In this document: positions 1 through 9,484 of the stretch, one piece after another
Layout: every line of letters begins with the position of its first letter
Numbering within the stretch: position 1 is the first letter of the stretch
Source of the DNA: Thermodesulfobacteriota bacterium
GTDB lineage: Bacteria; Desulfobacterota; WTBG01; JAGOGO01
Reading direction: 5' to 3'
DNA length: 64,000 nucleotides
NCBI GenBank assembly: GCA_026625185.1
Contig: CP113000.1
Span: 1,623,161 to 1,687,160, forward strand
Notes under the pieces: generated by a model
What the model was told of the DNA's origin: nothing
Databases searched by the model: none
The model's input: the letters and a program-made list of their open reading frames with translations, nothing else
Program-made: the position numbers and the translations under genes

Positions 1-724
1 AATCATGATCGCTCGGGGAGACCTCGGGGTGGAGATCCCCATTGAGCAGATTGCTGTGGTTCAGAAACGGCTGATGCACCTTGCAAATGTACGCGCAAAG
101 CCTGTCATTACGGCTACCCAGATGCTTGAATCGATGATTGATAACCGCCGTCCGACCAGGGCAGAAGCGACAGATGTGGCAAACGCCATCCTTGACGGGA
201 CGGATGCCGTTATGCTATCTGGAGAGTCGGCTATGGGAAGATATCCGGTCGATGCGGTGGCAATGCTCGCCAAGATTGCGACCGTTGTCGAGCCGCATCG
301 CCCCGCCAACACGGTGAAAGAGCTTTTCCGGGAGACCGACCTCAAGGATAAACTCCGTCCGTCCCATCTCGTTGTCCTGGGCGTTGAGGCCAGTTTGGAA
401 TACGCTTCTCCAACTGCGGTCTTTGTGCCGACGGGCAGCGGTGCGACCGCTCGCAGGATCGCCGGATTTCATCTGCCCGTATGGGTTATCGCGGTCTGTA
501 CCGAGGAGACGACCTACCAGCAGCTCCAGTTCTCATCCGGGGTCTATCCGGTACATGAGAGAAAAGAACCTGCCAACTGGAATACCTATGTCAAACAGTG
601 GGTATATGATTACCATCTGGAGGGGGATTGCGTCATTCTGACTGCAGGCCCTTCACCAAAGCACCCGGAAGCTAATAACCGAATGGAGATCATTGATCTT
701 CGTCCCAAGGCGAAGATAGGTTAG
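1..724 (+). CDS. pyk: Pyruvate kinase, C-terminal portion (5' end lies outside the window)
   Basis: The ORF contains the conserved pyruvate kinase motif M(I/V)ARGDLGVEIP and the downstream TQMLESM(I) and DVANAILDGTDAVMLSGESA segments. The reading frame is open to the window edge. Confidence 0.85.
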   Translation, partial: IMIARGDLGVEIPIEQIAVVQKRLMHLANVRAKPVITATQMLESMIDNRRPTRAEATDVANAILDGTDAVMLSGESAMGRYPVDAVAMLAKIATVVEPHRPANTVKELFRETDLKDKLRPSHLVVLGVEASLEYASPTAVFVPTGSGATARRIAGFHLPVWVIAVCTEETTYQQLQFSSGVYPVHERKEPANWNTYVKQWVYDYHLEGDCVILTAGPSPKHPEANNRMEIIDLRPKAKIG

Positions 725-900
725 GATTTACCAAGCGAGGTTTCTATTTTGATCACGCCAAGAAACATGGATGATTAATCGATGAATGTTATAGACGCCG
801 TTGTTGGCCTCGGGTTTTAAATGGTAGGCAATTCGTTTGTCCGCGAGCAGTGAGCCTCATCCTGTTCTAAAAATAATGAGAGAATCAAGAGGCAATTCCG

Positions 901-3429
901 ATGGCAAAAAAAACCCAAAGCAATTCCGGTAAGAAAAAAACGAGAAACGAACCGTTGCCTAACGGCACCGGTCATGGCACGGCAAGGCCAAAACTTTTAT
1001 CGGAGTTTCTCCGGCATCTTTACTACACGCAGGGAAGGGTTCTTGAGACAGCAACGCCGAACGATCTGTATATGGCACTTGCTAAAACCGTTCGCGATCA
1101 ACTCCTCGAACGCTGGTTGCACACAATCCAAAATTACAATAAGCCCGGTGTTCGAATTGTGAGTTATCTGTCGGCAGAATTTCTCCTCGGACCCCAGCTT
1201 GAGAATAATTTGATCAATCTGTGCATGTATGATGAGGCGAGCCGTGCTATGGAAAATCTTGGGTTGGATCTTAAAAAAATTATTGAACAAGAAGAAGAAC
1301 CGGGGCTGGGAAACGGAGGTCTGGGCAGGCTGGCAGCCTGTTATCTGGATAGCCTTGCCACCCTTGAAATTCCCGCCGTGGGCTATGGAATCCGCTACGA
1401 ATTCGGGATTTTTGATCAGGTTATCCGGGATGGTTGGCAGTTTGAATTTACTGACGAGTGGCTTCGGTTGGGTAACCCCTGGGAGATCCACCGGCCGGAA
1501 ATCGCTTACCATGTCAAATTCGGTGGACATACCGAAGCCGATTACGATGATCAGGGACATTATCGCGTGCGATGGATTCCCGGGCGCGAGGTAAAAGGAA
1601 CGGCCTACGATACTCCCATCGCCGGGTACCAAGTTAACACCTGCAATACCTTGCGGCTGTGGAAGGCAGAGGCAGTGGAGTCTTTTGACTTTCAGGAATT
1701 TAATGTGGGGGACTATTATGGTGCGGTGAATGAGAAGGTCATCTCCGAGACGCTTACCAAAGTGCTCTATCCCAATGACGAGCCCGAAGTCGGCAAAAAA
1801 CTCAGACTCGCTCAGCAATATTTCTTTGTCTCCTGTTCCCTCCAAGACATGTTGAGGTTACACCGCCTGATGGGAAGGAAACCGGAGACCTTTCCTGAGA
1901 AAATCGCCATACAACTTAACGACACTCATCCCTCCATCGCAGTGGCCGAAATGATGAGACTTTTGGTGGACGAATACCAGATCGCATGGGAACACGCGTG
2001 GAATGTGACCCAAAGCACTTTCGGTTATACAAACCATACCTTGCTTCCCGAGGCCCTGGAAACGTGGCCCCTCACCTTGTTTGAGAGCCTTCTTCCCAGG
2101 CACCTTGAGATTATCTACGAGATCAATCGAAGGTTTTTGGACCACGTTCGTGTAAAATACCCGGGTGACGATCAGCGGTGCAGCCGAATGTCTTTGATCG
2201 ATGAGAGAGGGGAGCGGTATGTGCGGATGGCCAACCTGGCCAGTGTGGGCAGTCATGCCATCAACGGGGTGGCAGAACTTCACAGCGAGTTGCTAAAAAG
2301 GGAGGTCCTTCGGGACTTCTATGAATTCATGCCGCAAAAGTTTGCCAACGTAACCAACGGGGTGACCCCACGACGGTTCCTGGTGGTGAGCAATCCAAAG
2401 CTGAGCCGTCTCATTAACAGCAAGATCGGCAACGGCTGGATCAAAAATCTGAAGGAAATGAGCGCCCTTGAACCCTTTGCCGGGGATCCGGATTTTCAGA
2501 AAGCGTGGCAGAGGATCAAGAGGGAAAACAAGCAAGACCTTGCTGCCTTGATTCAGGAGCGCACAGGAATTTCGGTCGATGCAGATTCCCTTTTCGATAT
2601 CCAGGTGAAACGGCTCCATGAATATAAGCGTCAACATCTGAATGTCCTTCACATCATCACCCTTTACAACCGAATTAAACGTGACTTGACGACCAAGGTA
2701 ATCCCCCGTACGTACATCTTCGGAGGCAAGGCTGCGCCGGGCTACTTCATGGCTAAGCTGATAATAAAGCTCATTAACGAAGTAGGAAAGATTGTCAATA
2801 ACGATCCTGATGTTGCCGGCCGCCTGAAGGTGGTTTTCTTTCCGGACTTTAACGTGACGAATGCTAAATACATATATCCGGCCGCCGACCTTTCGGAACA
2901 GATCTCAACAGCGGGCAAAGAGGCATCCGGAACCGGCAATATGAAATTTTCTCTCAACGGCGCGCTAACCATCGGAACCCTCGACGGCGCCAACATTGAG
3001 ATCCGGGAGGAGGTGGGAGCAGATAACTTTTTTCTCTTCGGCCTTACCGCGGAGCAGGTCTACGAGCTGAAGGTTAAAGGCTACCGCCCGAAAGAGTATT
3101 ATAATTCCGATCCAGAGCTTCGAGAGGTCGTGGATCAAATTTATTCCGGATTTTTTTCTGCCGGTGATAAAAACCTTTTCAAACCCTTAGTCGATTCTTT
3201 ATTGTATGGCGATCCTTTTCTCTTGTTCGCCGATTATCGCTCGTATGTTGAAGCCCAGGAGTTGGTGAGCCTCGCTTACCAGGATCAAGCCAAATGGACG
3301 CGGAGGTCGATCCTCAATGTGGCCCGGATTGGTAAGTTCTCCTCGGATCGCTCCATCCAGGAGTACTGTGAAAAAATTTGGAAAGCCCACCCCCTCCCGG
3401 TTGAACTCGGTAAGTACAGAATTGAATAA
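901..3429 (+). CDS. glgP: Glycogen/starch phosphorylase (GT35)
   Basis: The 842-aa ORF has the pyridoxal-phosphate site EASGTGNMKFxLNGALTIGTLDGANIE and the typical N-terminal LAYYSAEFL-like region (SYLSAEFLLG). Confidence 0.9.
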   Translation: MAKKTQSNSGKKKTRNEPLPNGTGHGTARPKLLSEFLRHLYYTQGRVLETATPNDLYMALAKTVRDQLLERWLHTIQNYNKPGVRIVSYLSAEFLLGPQLENNLINLCMYDEASRAMENLGLDLKKIIEQEEEPGLGNGGLGRLAACYLDSLATLEIPAVGYGIRYEFGIFDQVIRDGWQFEFTDEWLRLGNPWEIHRPEIAYHVKFGGHTEADYDDQGHYRVRWIPGREVKGTAYDTPIAGYQVNTCNTLRLWKAEAVESFDFQEFNVGDYYGAVNEKVISETLTKVLYPNDEPEVGKKLRLAQQYFFVSCSLQDMLRLHRLMGRKPETFPEKIAIQLNDTHPSIAVAEMMRLLVDEYQIAWEHAWNVTQSTFGYTNHTLLPEALETWPLTLFESLLPRHLEIIYEINRRFLDHVRVKYPGDDQRCSRMSLIDERGERYVRMANLASVGSHAINGVAELHSELLKREVLRDFYEFMPQKFANVTNGVTPRRFLVVSNPKLSRLINSKIGNGWIKNLKEMSALEPFAGDPDFQKAWQRIKRENKQDLAALIQERTGISVDADSLFDIQVKRLHEYKRQHLNVLHIITLYNRIKRDLTTKVIPRTYIFGGKAAPGYFMAKLIIKLINEVGKIVNNDPDVAGRLKVVFFPDFNVTNAKYIYPAADLSEQISTAGKEASGTGNMKFSLNGALTIGTLDGANIEIREEVGADNFFLFGLTAEQVYELKVKGYRPKEYYNSDPELREVVDQIYSGFFSAGDKNLFKPLVDSLLYGDPFLLFADYRSYVEAQELVSLAYQDQAKWTRRSILNVARIGKFSSDRSIQEYCEKIWKAHPLPVELGKYRIE

Positions 3430-3460
3430 TACCTAATTATGGAGACGGTTATAAAAATAC

Positions 3461-3745
3461 GTGGAGAGCTTTCTTCCCTGCTGGCATGACCTGATTGCGC
3501 CCACGGTGCGCTCAGGAAAGCGAGTCCTCATTGCTGTCCACGGGAATAGTTTGAGGGCTCTGGTGAAGTATCTTGACAACATTCCTGATGATGTAATCCC
3601 TGAGGTCAATATTTCCACCGGGATGCCTCTGGTTTACGAGCTGGAGGACGATCTGAGGCCGATTCGAAACTATTATCTTGGCGATCCTGAAAAAGTGAAA
3701 AAGGCAATGGAAGCTATCGCCAGCCAAGGCAACGTTAAGAAGTAA
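3461..3745 (+). pseudogene. gpmA: 3' fragment of 2,3-BPG-dependent phosphoglycerate mutase (gpmA remnant)
   Basis: The 94-aa ORF opens with GTG and aligns only to the C-terminal third of GpmA ([21 protein letters not shown]...PLVYELD...YYLGD). An in-frame TAA lies 9 nt upstream, so the N-terminal two thirds, including the RHG catalytic motif, are absent. The fragment starts 32 nt after the glgP stop. Confidence 0.7.
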
Positions 3746-3777
3746 ATTCGATACTACTATTGAAGGAGAAAAGAGCA

Positions 3778-4221
3778 ATGAAAATTTTGAGCACCCCGCG
3801 TATGGAACGATGCATTGGTTGTCACTCCTGCTCCCTGGCCTGCGCCCGTTTGGTGTATAAGCATCTATCCTGGAATACTGCGGGGATTCGTATTCATTCG
3901 ACGGGCGGTCTTTCTACCGGATTTGAGGCCAAGCCTTGTCTGGCCTGTAATCCGGCGCCATGTGCCATGGCCTGCCCTACTGGTGCCTTTTCACAGCGAA
4001 ATGGGGGTGGTGTGGTGGTCAATAAGAAGCTGTGCATTCGTTGCGGAGCCTGTGCCGAGACTTGCCCGGTGGATGCCATCTACCTGGATTCGTCCGGTGA
4101 ACCCTTTGTCTGCATTCAGTGCGGTCGTTGTGTGCAATTCTGTCCTCATGACTGCCTTGAAATGGTCGAGGTTCCGACCCATGCGACACTGGACGAGGGA
4201 CAAAAGGAGGTGGGAGTATGA
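3778..4221 (+). CDS. Polyferredoxin, 4x[4Fe-4S], AorA-like electron-transfer subunit
   Basis: Four CxxCxxCxxxCP-type cluster motifs are present (CIGCHSCSLAC, CLACNPAPCAMACP, CIRCGACAETCP, CIQCGRCVQFCP). A GAAGGAG RBS sits before the ATG at 3778. The stop overlaps the AOR start (ATGA). Confidence 0.8.
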   Translation: MKILSTPRMERCIGCHSCSLACARLVYKHLSWNTAGIRIHSTGGLSTGFEAKPCLACNPAPCAMACPTGAFSQRNGGGVVVNKKLCIRCGACAETCPVDAIYLDSSGEPFVCIQCGRCVQFCPHDCLEMVEVPTHATLDEGQKEVGV

Positions 4222-6011
4222 TCCGGGATTGTTTCCGAGTACTCAAGGTTGATCTTTACACCGGCAGGGGTTATATCGAAGAGATCGAAGGCCGCAATAC
4301 TTATGCGGGAGGAAGCGGCCTGGCAGCGTTTTTGTTCAGCCAGCTGGGCTTTTTGGACCGAAGCTGGGATGATCCAGAACAGCCTTTGATTTTCACGATC
4401 GGACCACTCACGGGATACTTCCCGCTTATGAGCAAGGTGGTCTGCGCTTTTAAATCACCTTACCACGATCAATATGCCGAGAGCCACGGGGGGGGGCGGT
4501 CGGCCTTGTCTCTCCGTTTTGCCGACCTGGATGCTCTGGTGATCACCGGAAAGGCCAAACATCCGAGTTGTCTGGTGATAGGATCCAGGACTTTGGAATT
4601 AAACGACGTGCATTATCTCTGGGGAAAAACGGTACAGAGAACCGGTCAAATTTTGCGCCAAATGGCGGGTGGCTCCGGACACCGGTCTATTCTTCGGATT
4701 GGACCGGCGGGAGAGAACCGGTCGGCCATGGCCTGTATCAACGTGGATACTTACCGCCATTTCGGACGTCTCGGGGGTGGAGCGGTTATGGGCGCCAAGA
4801 ACCTTAAAGCTATCGTGATCGTGGGCGACGAATCGTTCGACCTCCCCCCCGGCAAGGAGTATACCCAGCTCTTCCAGAAGATCTACCAGCAGCTCACCGA
4901 AACGAGCATGATGGACAAATATCACAACCTGGGGACGCCCATCAACGTGGGGGTGCTGAACGGGATCCAGGCAATGCCGTGCCGGAACCTCCAGCGCACC
5001 AGCGACGAAAGCATTTCCGGCATCACTGGAGAGACCTTTGCCGATCGCGCACTTCTGCGTAACACCGCCTGTGCGGGATGCCCGGTCGGGTGCATTCACC
5101 TTGGGTTCGTGCGGGAAAAATTCAAGGAACCGAACGAGTATCTCTACCGCCAGGTCACCTATGACCATGAACCCATCTTTGCCATGGGTGCTATGTTAAG
5201 CGTGCTGGATGCCTTTCAGGTTCTGACCCTCCTGGAAGCCTCGGAAAAAGTAGGACTGGATGTAATGTCCGCTGGAGTGGCCTTGGCTTGGGCCACGGAG
5301 GCTTTTGAAAAGGGTCTCATTTCAGAAAAGGAGACCTTGATACCGCTGAAATTCGGTGAAGCCGAAGCCTATTCCCAGGCGGTGAAACACCTGGGTACAG
5401 GTGCCAACGATTTTTACCGGTTGTTAGCCCAAGGGACACTTAAGGCGGCAGAACAATACGGGGGTATGGAGTTCGCCTGTGTCCTCGGTCAAGAGATGGC
5501 GGGATATGCTACCGGTGAAGTATTTTTCATCTCCCAAGCGCTGGGACTGCGTCATTCCCATTTGGACGCCGGAGGATATTCGTACGATCAGAAGCAAAAA
5601 GGAAAAGATGTGGCCCAGGCAGTGGAGTTTTTGGTTCAGGACGAAAAGGCGCGGGTTTTTCTCACTTCCATGGTCTCCTGCCTCTTCGCCCGGGAAGTTT
5701 ACCAAGAAGATACGTTGGTCGATTGCCTTAACGCCGTGGGGTATCAGAGTTTGGCCGAAAATGTTGACTCCGTCTCACGGAGGATCCAACAAATGCGCTG
5801 GCAAATGCGGATAAGAACCGGGTTTGACCCAGAATCCGTAAAGATTCCCGAGCGGTTCAAAGAGGTGGTAACCTGGAGGGGTGCCATGGATAAGAATTAC
5901 CTGGATTCTTTGCAGAAGGTTTACACTAAAAGGATACTGGAGATGGCCAAATTGGAGAAAAGCGTTTTACCCAGAAAGGAGGGAATTAGAAAGGAGGACG
6001 AGCATGCCTAA
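4218..6011 (+). CDS. aor: Tungsten-type aldehyde:ferredoxin oxidoreductase (AOR family, AorB-like)
   Basis: The 597-aa ORF has the AOR N-terminal signature (VLKVDLYTGRG...EEI..R...GGSGLAAFLF) and the AOR_N plus AOR_C architecture. It is translationally coupled to the polyferredoxin. Confidence 0.85.
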   Translation: MIRDCFRVLKVDLYTGRGYIEEIEGRNTYAGGSGLAAFLFSQLGFLDRSWDDPEQPLIFTIGPLTGYFPLMSKVVCAFKSPYHDQYAESHGGGRSALSLRFADLDALVITGKAKHPSCLVIGSRTLELNDVHYLWGKTVQRTGQILRQMAGGSGHRSILRIGPAGENRSAMACINVDTYRHFGRLGGGAVMGAKNLKAIVIVGDESFDLPPGKEYTQLFQKIYQQLTETSMMDKYHNLGTPINVGVLNGIQAMPCRNLQRTSDESISGITGETFADRALLRNTACAGCPVGCIHLGFVREKFKEPNEYLYRQVTYDHEPIFAMGAMLSVLDAFQVLTLLEASEKVGLDVMSAGVALAWATEAFEKGLISEKETLIPLKFGEAEAYSQAVKHLGTGANDFYRLLAQGTLKAAEQYGGMEFACVLGQEMAGYATGEVFFISQALGLRHSHLDAGGYSYDQKQKGKDVAQAVEFLVQDEKARVFLTSMVSCLFAREVYQEDTLVDCLNAVGYQSLAENVDSVSRRIQQMRWQMRIRTGFDPESVKIPERFKEVVTWRGAMDKNYLDSLQKVYTKRILEMAKLEKSVLPRKEGIRKEDEHA

Positions 6012-6075
6012 GGCAAAAGTATTTATATATTTGGAACCGAACCTGAAGCTGGGAAATCCATGATCTTGCTTGGGG

Positions 6076-6504
6076 TCATGGAATTTCTCTCCCGCCGGGT
6101 GGAAAGACTTGGCTTTTTTCGTCCACACATGACACCATCGCTTTATCGGGAGGATTCAGATACAAGCCGACAATATCTCTAGCTTTTTCTACAAAGAAGT
6201 GGTCAGTCGAGAGTTTAAAATGACGTTGTCGATGGGGTTGAAGCCCAAAGGCTTGCCAAATCCGATGCACAGTGGGACGGGATAATTTGGTCTCCTTGGC
6301 TAGGGAACGAAACGTCCAATGAGTCCTATCTTGAGATTTGGTTGGAAGGGTTTTACGAATAAGCATGGCAACTTTTTCATCTGAAATTGATCGAGGCCGA
6401 CCAGGCGCAGCATCTCTGTAAAGCAGTCGGATGACGGTAGTGAAGATTAATCTCCCTAAAATATCACGGCAAAGGTTCGGTGACTTGTTTTTGTTCGTCT
6501 TCAC
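6076..6504 (-). mobile_element. IS630/Tc1-mariner family transposase remnant (N-terminal HTH part only, pseudogene)
   Basis: The sequence matches the IS630 transposase HTH region up to the DEKSQ motif (LSRPTVHRIWQAFGLQPHR...VDEKSQ). The reading frame is lost immediately after that, the DDE domain is absent and no terminal inverted repeats are evident. Confidence 0.7.
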
Positions 6505-6677
6505 GTCAGTGGAGTTGGTCCTGTTCTTTTATTTGACCCATCGCAGATTGGATTTATGTCTCAGAGCATCTCCTGGTTCTGGGGATTGCCCTTACGAGGC
6601 TCCCCCCAAAGGTGCGGGATCACTCGTTGTCTTCCAGTATTGCCGTCATTGTGGCCTAAACCTACCCCTATGCCCAG

Positions 6678-7055
6678 GTGGTGTATCTAGGATGGGTTCA
6701 CGGCAACCCGGCATGGCCCGCGGGTGGTCTGGTGCTGGTGACCTTCGGGGCGTGTCTGAGCTTTGCCAGCCTCATTAGTCTGGGCAGATGGTTCGCCGTT
6801 TGGCCCGCCTTGCGGGGTCTGGCAACAAGAGGCCCATACCGCCTTGTCCGCCATCCGATGTATCTGGCCTATGTGCTTACGGACATTGGGTATAACCTCT
6901 ATGAATATAATTTCGGCACAGTACTGCTGGTGATTACGGGATGGACATCCCTCTTTTACCGCATCCATGCCGAAGAGCGGATGCTCTCTCACGATGTCGG
7001 ATGGTCTGGCTACCTTGCCTTGGTGTTTTACCGTCTTCTTCCCGGCCTTTGGTAG
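6678..7055 (+). CDS. ICMT/PEMT-family membrane methyltransferase, probably 5'-truncated
   Basis: The C-terminal motif is RLVTRGPYRLVRHPMYL...EE..L followed by hydrophobic segments. The ORF opens with GTG, and the frame stays open upstream to about 6537 without a convincing start. It directly abuts the IS630 remnant. Confidence 0.5.
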   Translation: MVYLGWVHGNPAWPAGGLVLVTFGACLSFASLISLGRWFAVWPALRGLATRGPYRLVRHPMYLAYVLTDIGYNLYEYNFGTVLLVITGWTSLFYRIHAEERMLSHDVGWSGYLALVFYRLLPGLW

Positions 7056-7147
7056 GCGGCGGGCAAGAGGAAAGAGGGATGTTTTCTATTAAATATCCTC
7101 CTTGATTATAGGATGGTTATCATTCTTTTCGTATCCTTTCGCAAAGA

Positions 7148-7192
7148 GAACTCCCCCCTTCTCTTGTTAACAGAGAAAAGGGGGGAGTGGTA
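7148..7192. terminator. Long GC-rich hairpin between convergent genes (intrinsic terminator, mainly for the minus-strand gene)
   Basis: The stem is GAACTCCCCCCTT...AAGGGGGGAGT. Read on the minus strand it is followed by the U-rich tract TCTCTTT. Confidence 0.5.
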
Positions 7193-7380
7193 AGCATTCT
7201 TAAAAATTATAAGGATTAATTGCAATAGGAGCCCGGCGTAAAAAGAACCTCAGGATAAGATTGGCGATGTCACTCCCGCCGTCGAGTAGTATCGGCCAAA
7301 ATATTCTGATGGTTGATTCTTCGGCATTCTATCCATTTCGTTCACACCACCTTTGATGAACTCCATTAATTAATTATCTT

Positions 7381-7848
7381 TTATTTTACCAGGGGAATAT
7401 TATCGGCTAAATCATAGCGTTTTACTGCCTGGATTTTGTTTTCCAGCTGATAGTACCGGGCGACCTTTTTTGCCGGAAGTACGGCGCTGAATTTGGGCAA
7501 ATATGATGTTTTCAGCTGGAGCATTTCTTTTTCCAAGGATAAATTTTTTTTCAAAAGCTCGTCTGCTTTTTTATCCGTTAGGGTTTCAAAGTTTTTTGCA
7601 TAGTCAAGAATCAAATCACCAATTTTTTGATTGATTTTTTCCAGGTCCGTCTGATAACGGTCATACACGGGCCAGAATTTAGCATCTTCAGCTTGGGTTA
7701 GTTGCATATTAACCGCAATAAACGCCCGCTTTTGGGCCTTAAGTGCGTCCCGCACTGAATCCATGGTATTCTTGGTAACTTCCTGGGCAAAAGCAGGAAT
7801 AGCGATCAGGCAAATGACCATCACCACAATTATTTTTTTTAATCTCAT
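7381..7848 (-). CDS. Hypothetical secreted/periplasmic helical protein
   Basis: The 155-aa ORF has an N-terminal signal peptide (MRLKKIIVVMVICLIAIPAFA). The coding sequence is AT-rich and I see no recognisable domain. Confidence 0.45.
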   Translation of the reverse strand: MRLKKIIVVMVICLIAIPAFAQEVTKNTMDSVRDALKAQKRAFIAVNMQLTQAEDAKFWPVYDRYQTDLEKINQKIGDLILDYAKNFETLTDKKADELLKKNLSLEKEMLQLKTSYLPKFSAVLPAKKVARYYQLENKIQAVKRYDLADNIPLVK

Positions 7849-8008
7849 GGGCAGCTCCTTTCATGTTTTAAATATCTTGTTAAATCCAGACAAATCTTTG
7901 ATTATTCCACCTTAATGAACCCGGAACACGTTTTGTCGTATTTCCGGTAAGATAGTAAGAAATGTCTGTTGCTACTTAAGTACGTTGAGTTCATCGCGAC
8001 CGTTGCTT

Positions 8009-8248
8009 TCAATCGTCGTGAGTATCCCACTCATCCTTACAATTCTCGAGGCAACTTTTTAAATCAGCTTCTGCCTGATCAAGGCAGTCCTGAAGCTCGT
8101 CAGGTTGTTTATTTTCTGGGTTATTGTATTGTGTCTGGCATTCTTGTGTTGCCCTTTCATAATCCAGATCGCAATCATGTTTGCAATCAGCTCGGGCATT
8201 GAATGCCCAAAAGAGAACGACCATAGCAAAAACAAGTAGCACTCTCAT
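8009..8248 (-). CDS. Small secreted cysteine-rich acidic protein (hypothetical)
   Basis: The internal Met start gives MRVLLVFAMVVLFWAFNARA (signal peptide), then a roughly 58-aa mature part with 6 Cys and the C-terminus DEWDTHDD. Confidence 0.35.
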   Translation of the reverse strand: MRVLLVFAMVVLFWAFNARADCKHDCDLDYERATQECQTQYNNPENKQPDELQDCLDQAEADLKSCLENCKDEWDTHDD

Positions 8249-9484
8249 ATGATACCTCCTATAAATTAAGTTTATTTTGGGTTGAGAGACAAAAAACCAT
8301 TCAACCATCTCTATAAGTGCCCCCTCCTAATTGAATCCTAAGGTAATCTTTGTTGGTGATGGACTAAAAAATCACAAAAAAATATACTACCTTCTTCGAC
8401 GTTTGCTGTATGGTTAAACTTTTTAAGCTAAAGAAAATTTACTTTATCGGGTGATGATTAAATATCATCTGTTTAGAAGAATCTCCATATGTAATTTTTA
8501 AATATATCAAATTGGAGCAAAAAATAAAGGTTTTATGCAACTCCTCCATGGTAGGATTTTTATGACCATCCATAATTTTTTAAAAATTATTTCAATATGT
8601 TATCCTTAGATAGCCGGTTATTATTCGCACCACCCTAACCTTATATTTCGTCAGAAAAATAGCATTTCTCTCCTGAGCCTCTCCTCTGGTGATGGAAAAG
8701 AGGCCATTCTACTGCACGCCAGCGTGCTCGTAAAGGATGCGACGCACCTCCTCAATGGTTTGGGGGTTTGCCTGCTCAAACGGTACCTTAAACCGGTTAT
8801 CCCAGAAATGAGTGCCGCTATTTACCTCCGTCATATTGGTGAGGAATCCCACCCGTGGCTGGGTCCGATGACTACCATCTGGCGCAAGGATGGATTCTTG
8901 CCTGTGGGGTCAAGTTCCCTGACGGCTTTCTCTATCCCCTCCTGCAAATATATTGCTGAAAGGGCAGCACCAATCCCTTCTTTGCGAGAGCGGTTCCGAA
9001 ACCACCATATCTCCAAACCATCAACGGAAACGAAGTTGGTGAGCCGGTATTCGCCAACACTGCGTAAACATTCTGCACTTTTACCTCGGGAATAGTTTCC
9101 ATTACGATTCGTTCTACCTTCACGATCGAACATAAACCTCAAATATAGACCATCTTTGAATCCGGGCTGGCCGTTCTCCACAGATCCCCCTTCAACACCG
9201 GGACCTGTGACTCCGAGAGCACTGGGTGCTATTCAGCTTTGAGGGTGGTTTTGGAAACAGGTGCGTCCGTCGTTGTCTCTCCCGCTGGTAAAAAAAGCGG
9301 GTGGCCGAGAACGCCAAAGATCAGGAACACGATCCAAAACCCATGTCTTAGACAAAATTTTTTCACTTTGTGCCCCCTTATTTATTAAGGCTATTTGTTA
9401 ATCTAAATGCCCACCAGAATTTCTCCATGATTGGTGTCGTTTTTCTTTTCCCTCGGTGATTGGTTAACCTCTGATAATTTTTTC

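Noticed and set aside
3760-3777. Upstream ATG (MKEKRA) for the polyferredoxin
   Set aside because: The GAAGGAG RBS lies between the two ATGs and is correctly spaced only for the ATG at 3778.
8724-9364. Overlapping ORFs 8724-9095 (+), 8831-9181 (-) and a short minus-strand ORF around 9230-9364
   Set aside because: They conflict with each other, lack recognisable motifs and RBSs, and one relies on a GTG read as Met. The region is more likely non-coding or decayed sequence inside the AT-rich patch.
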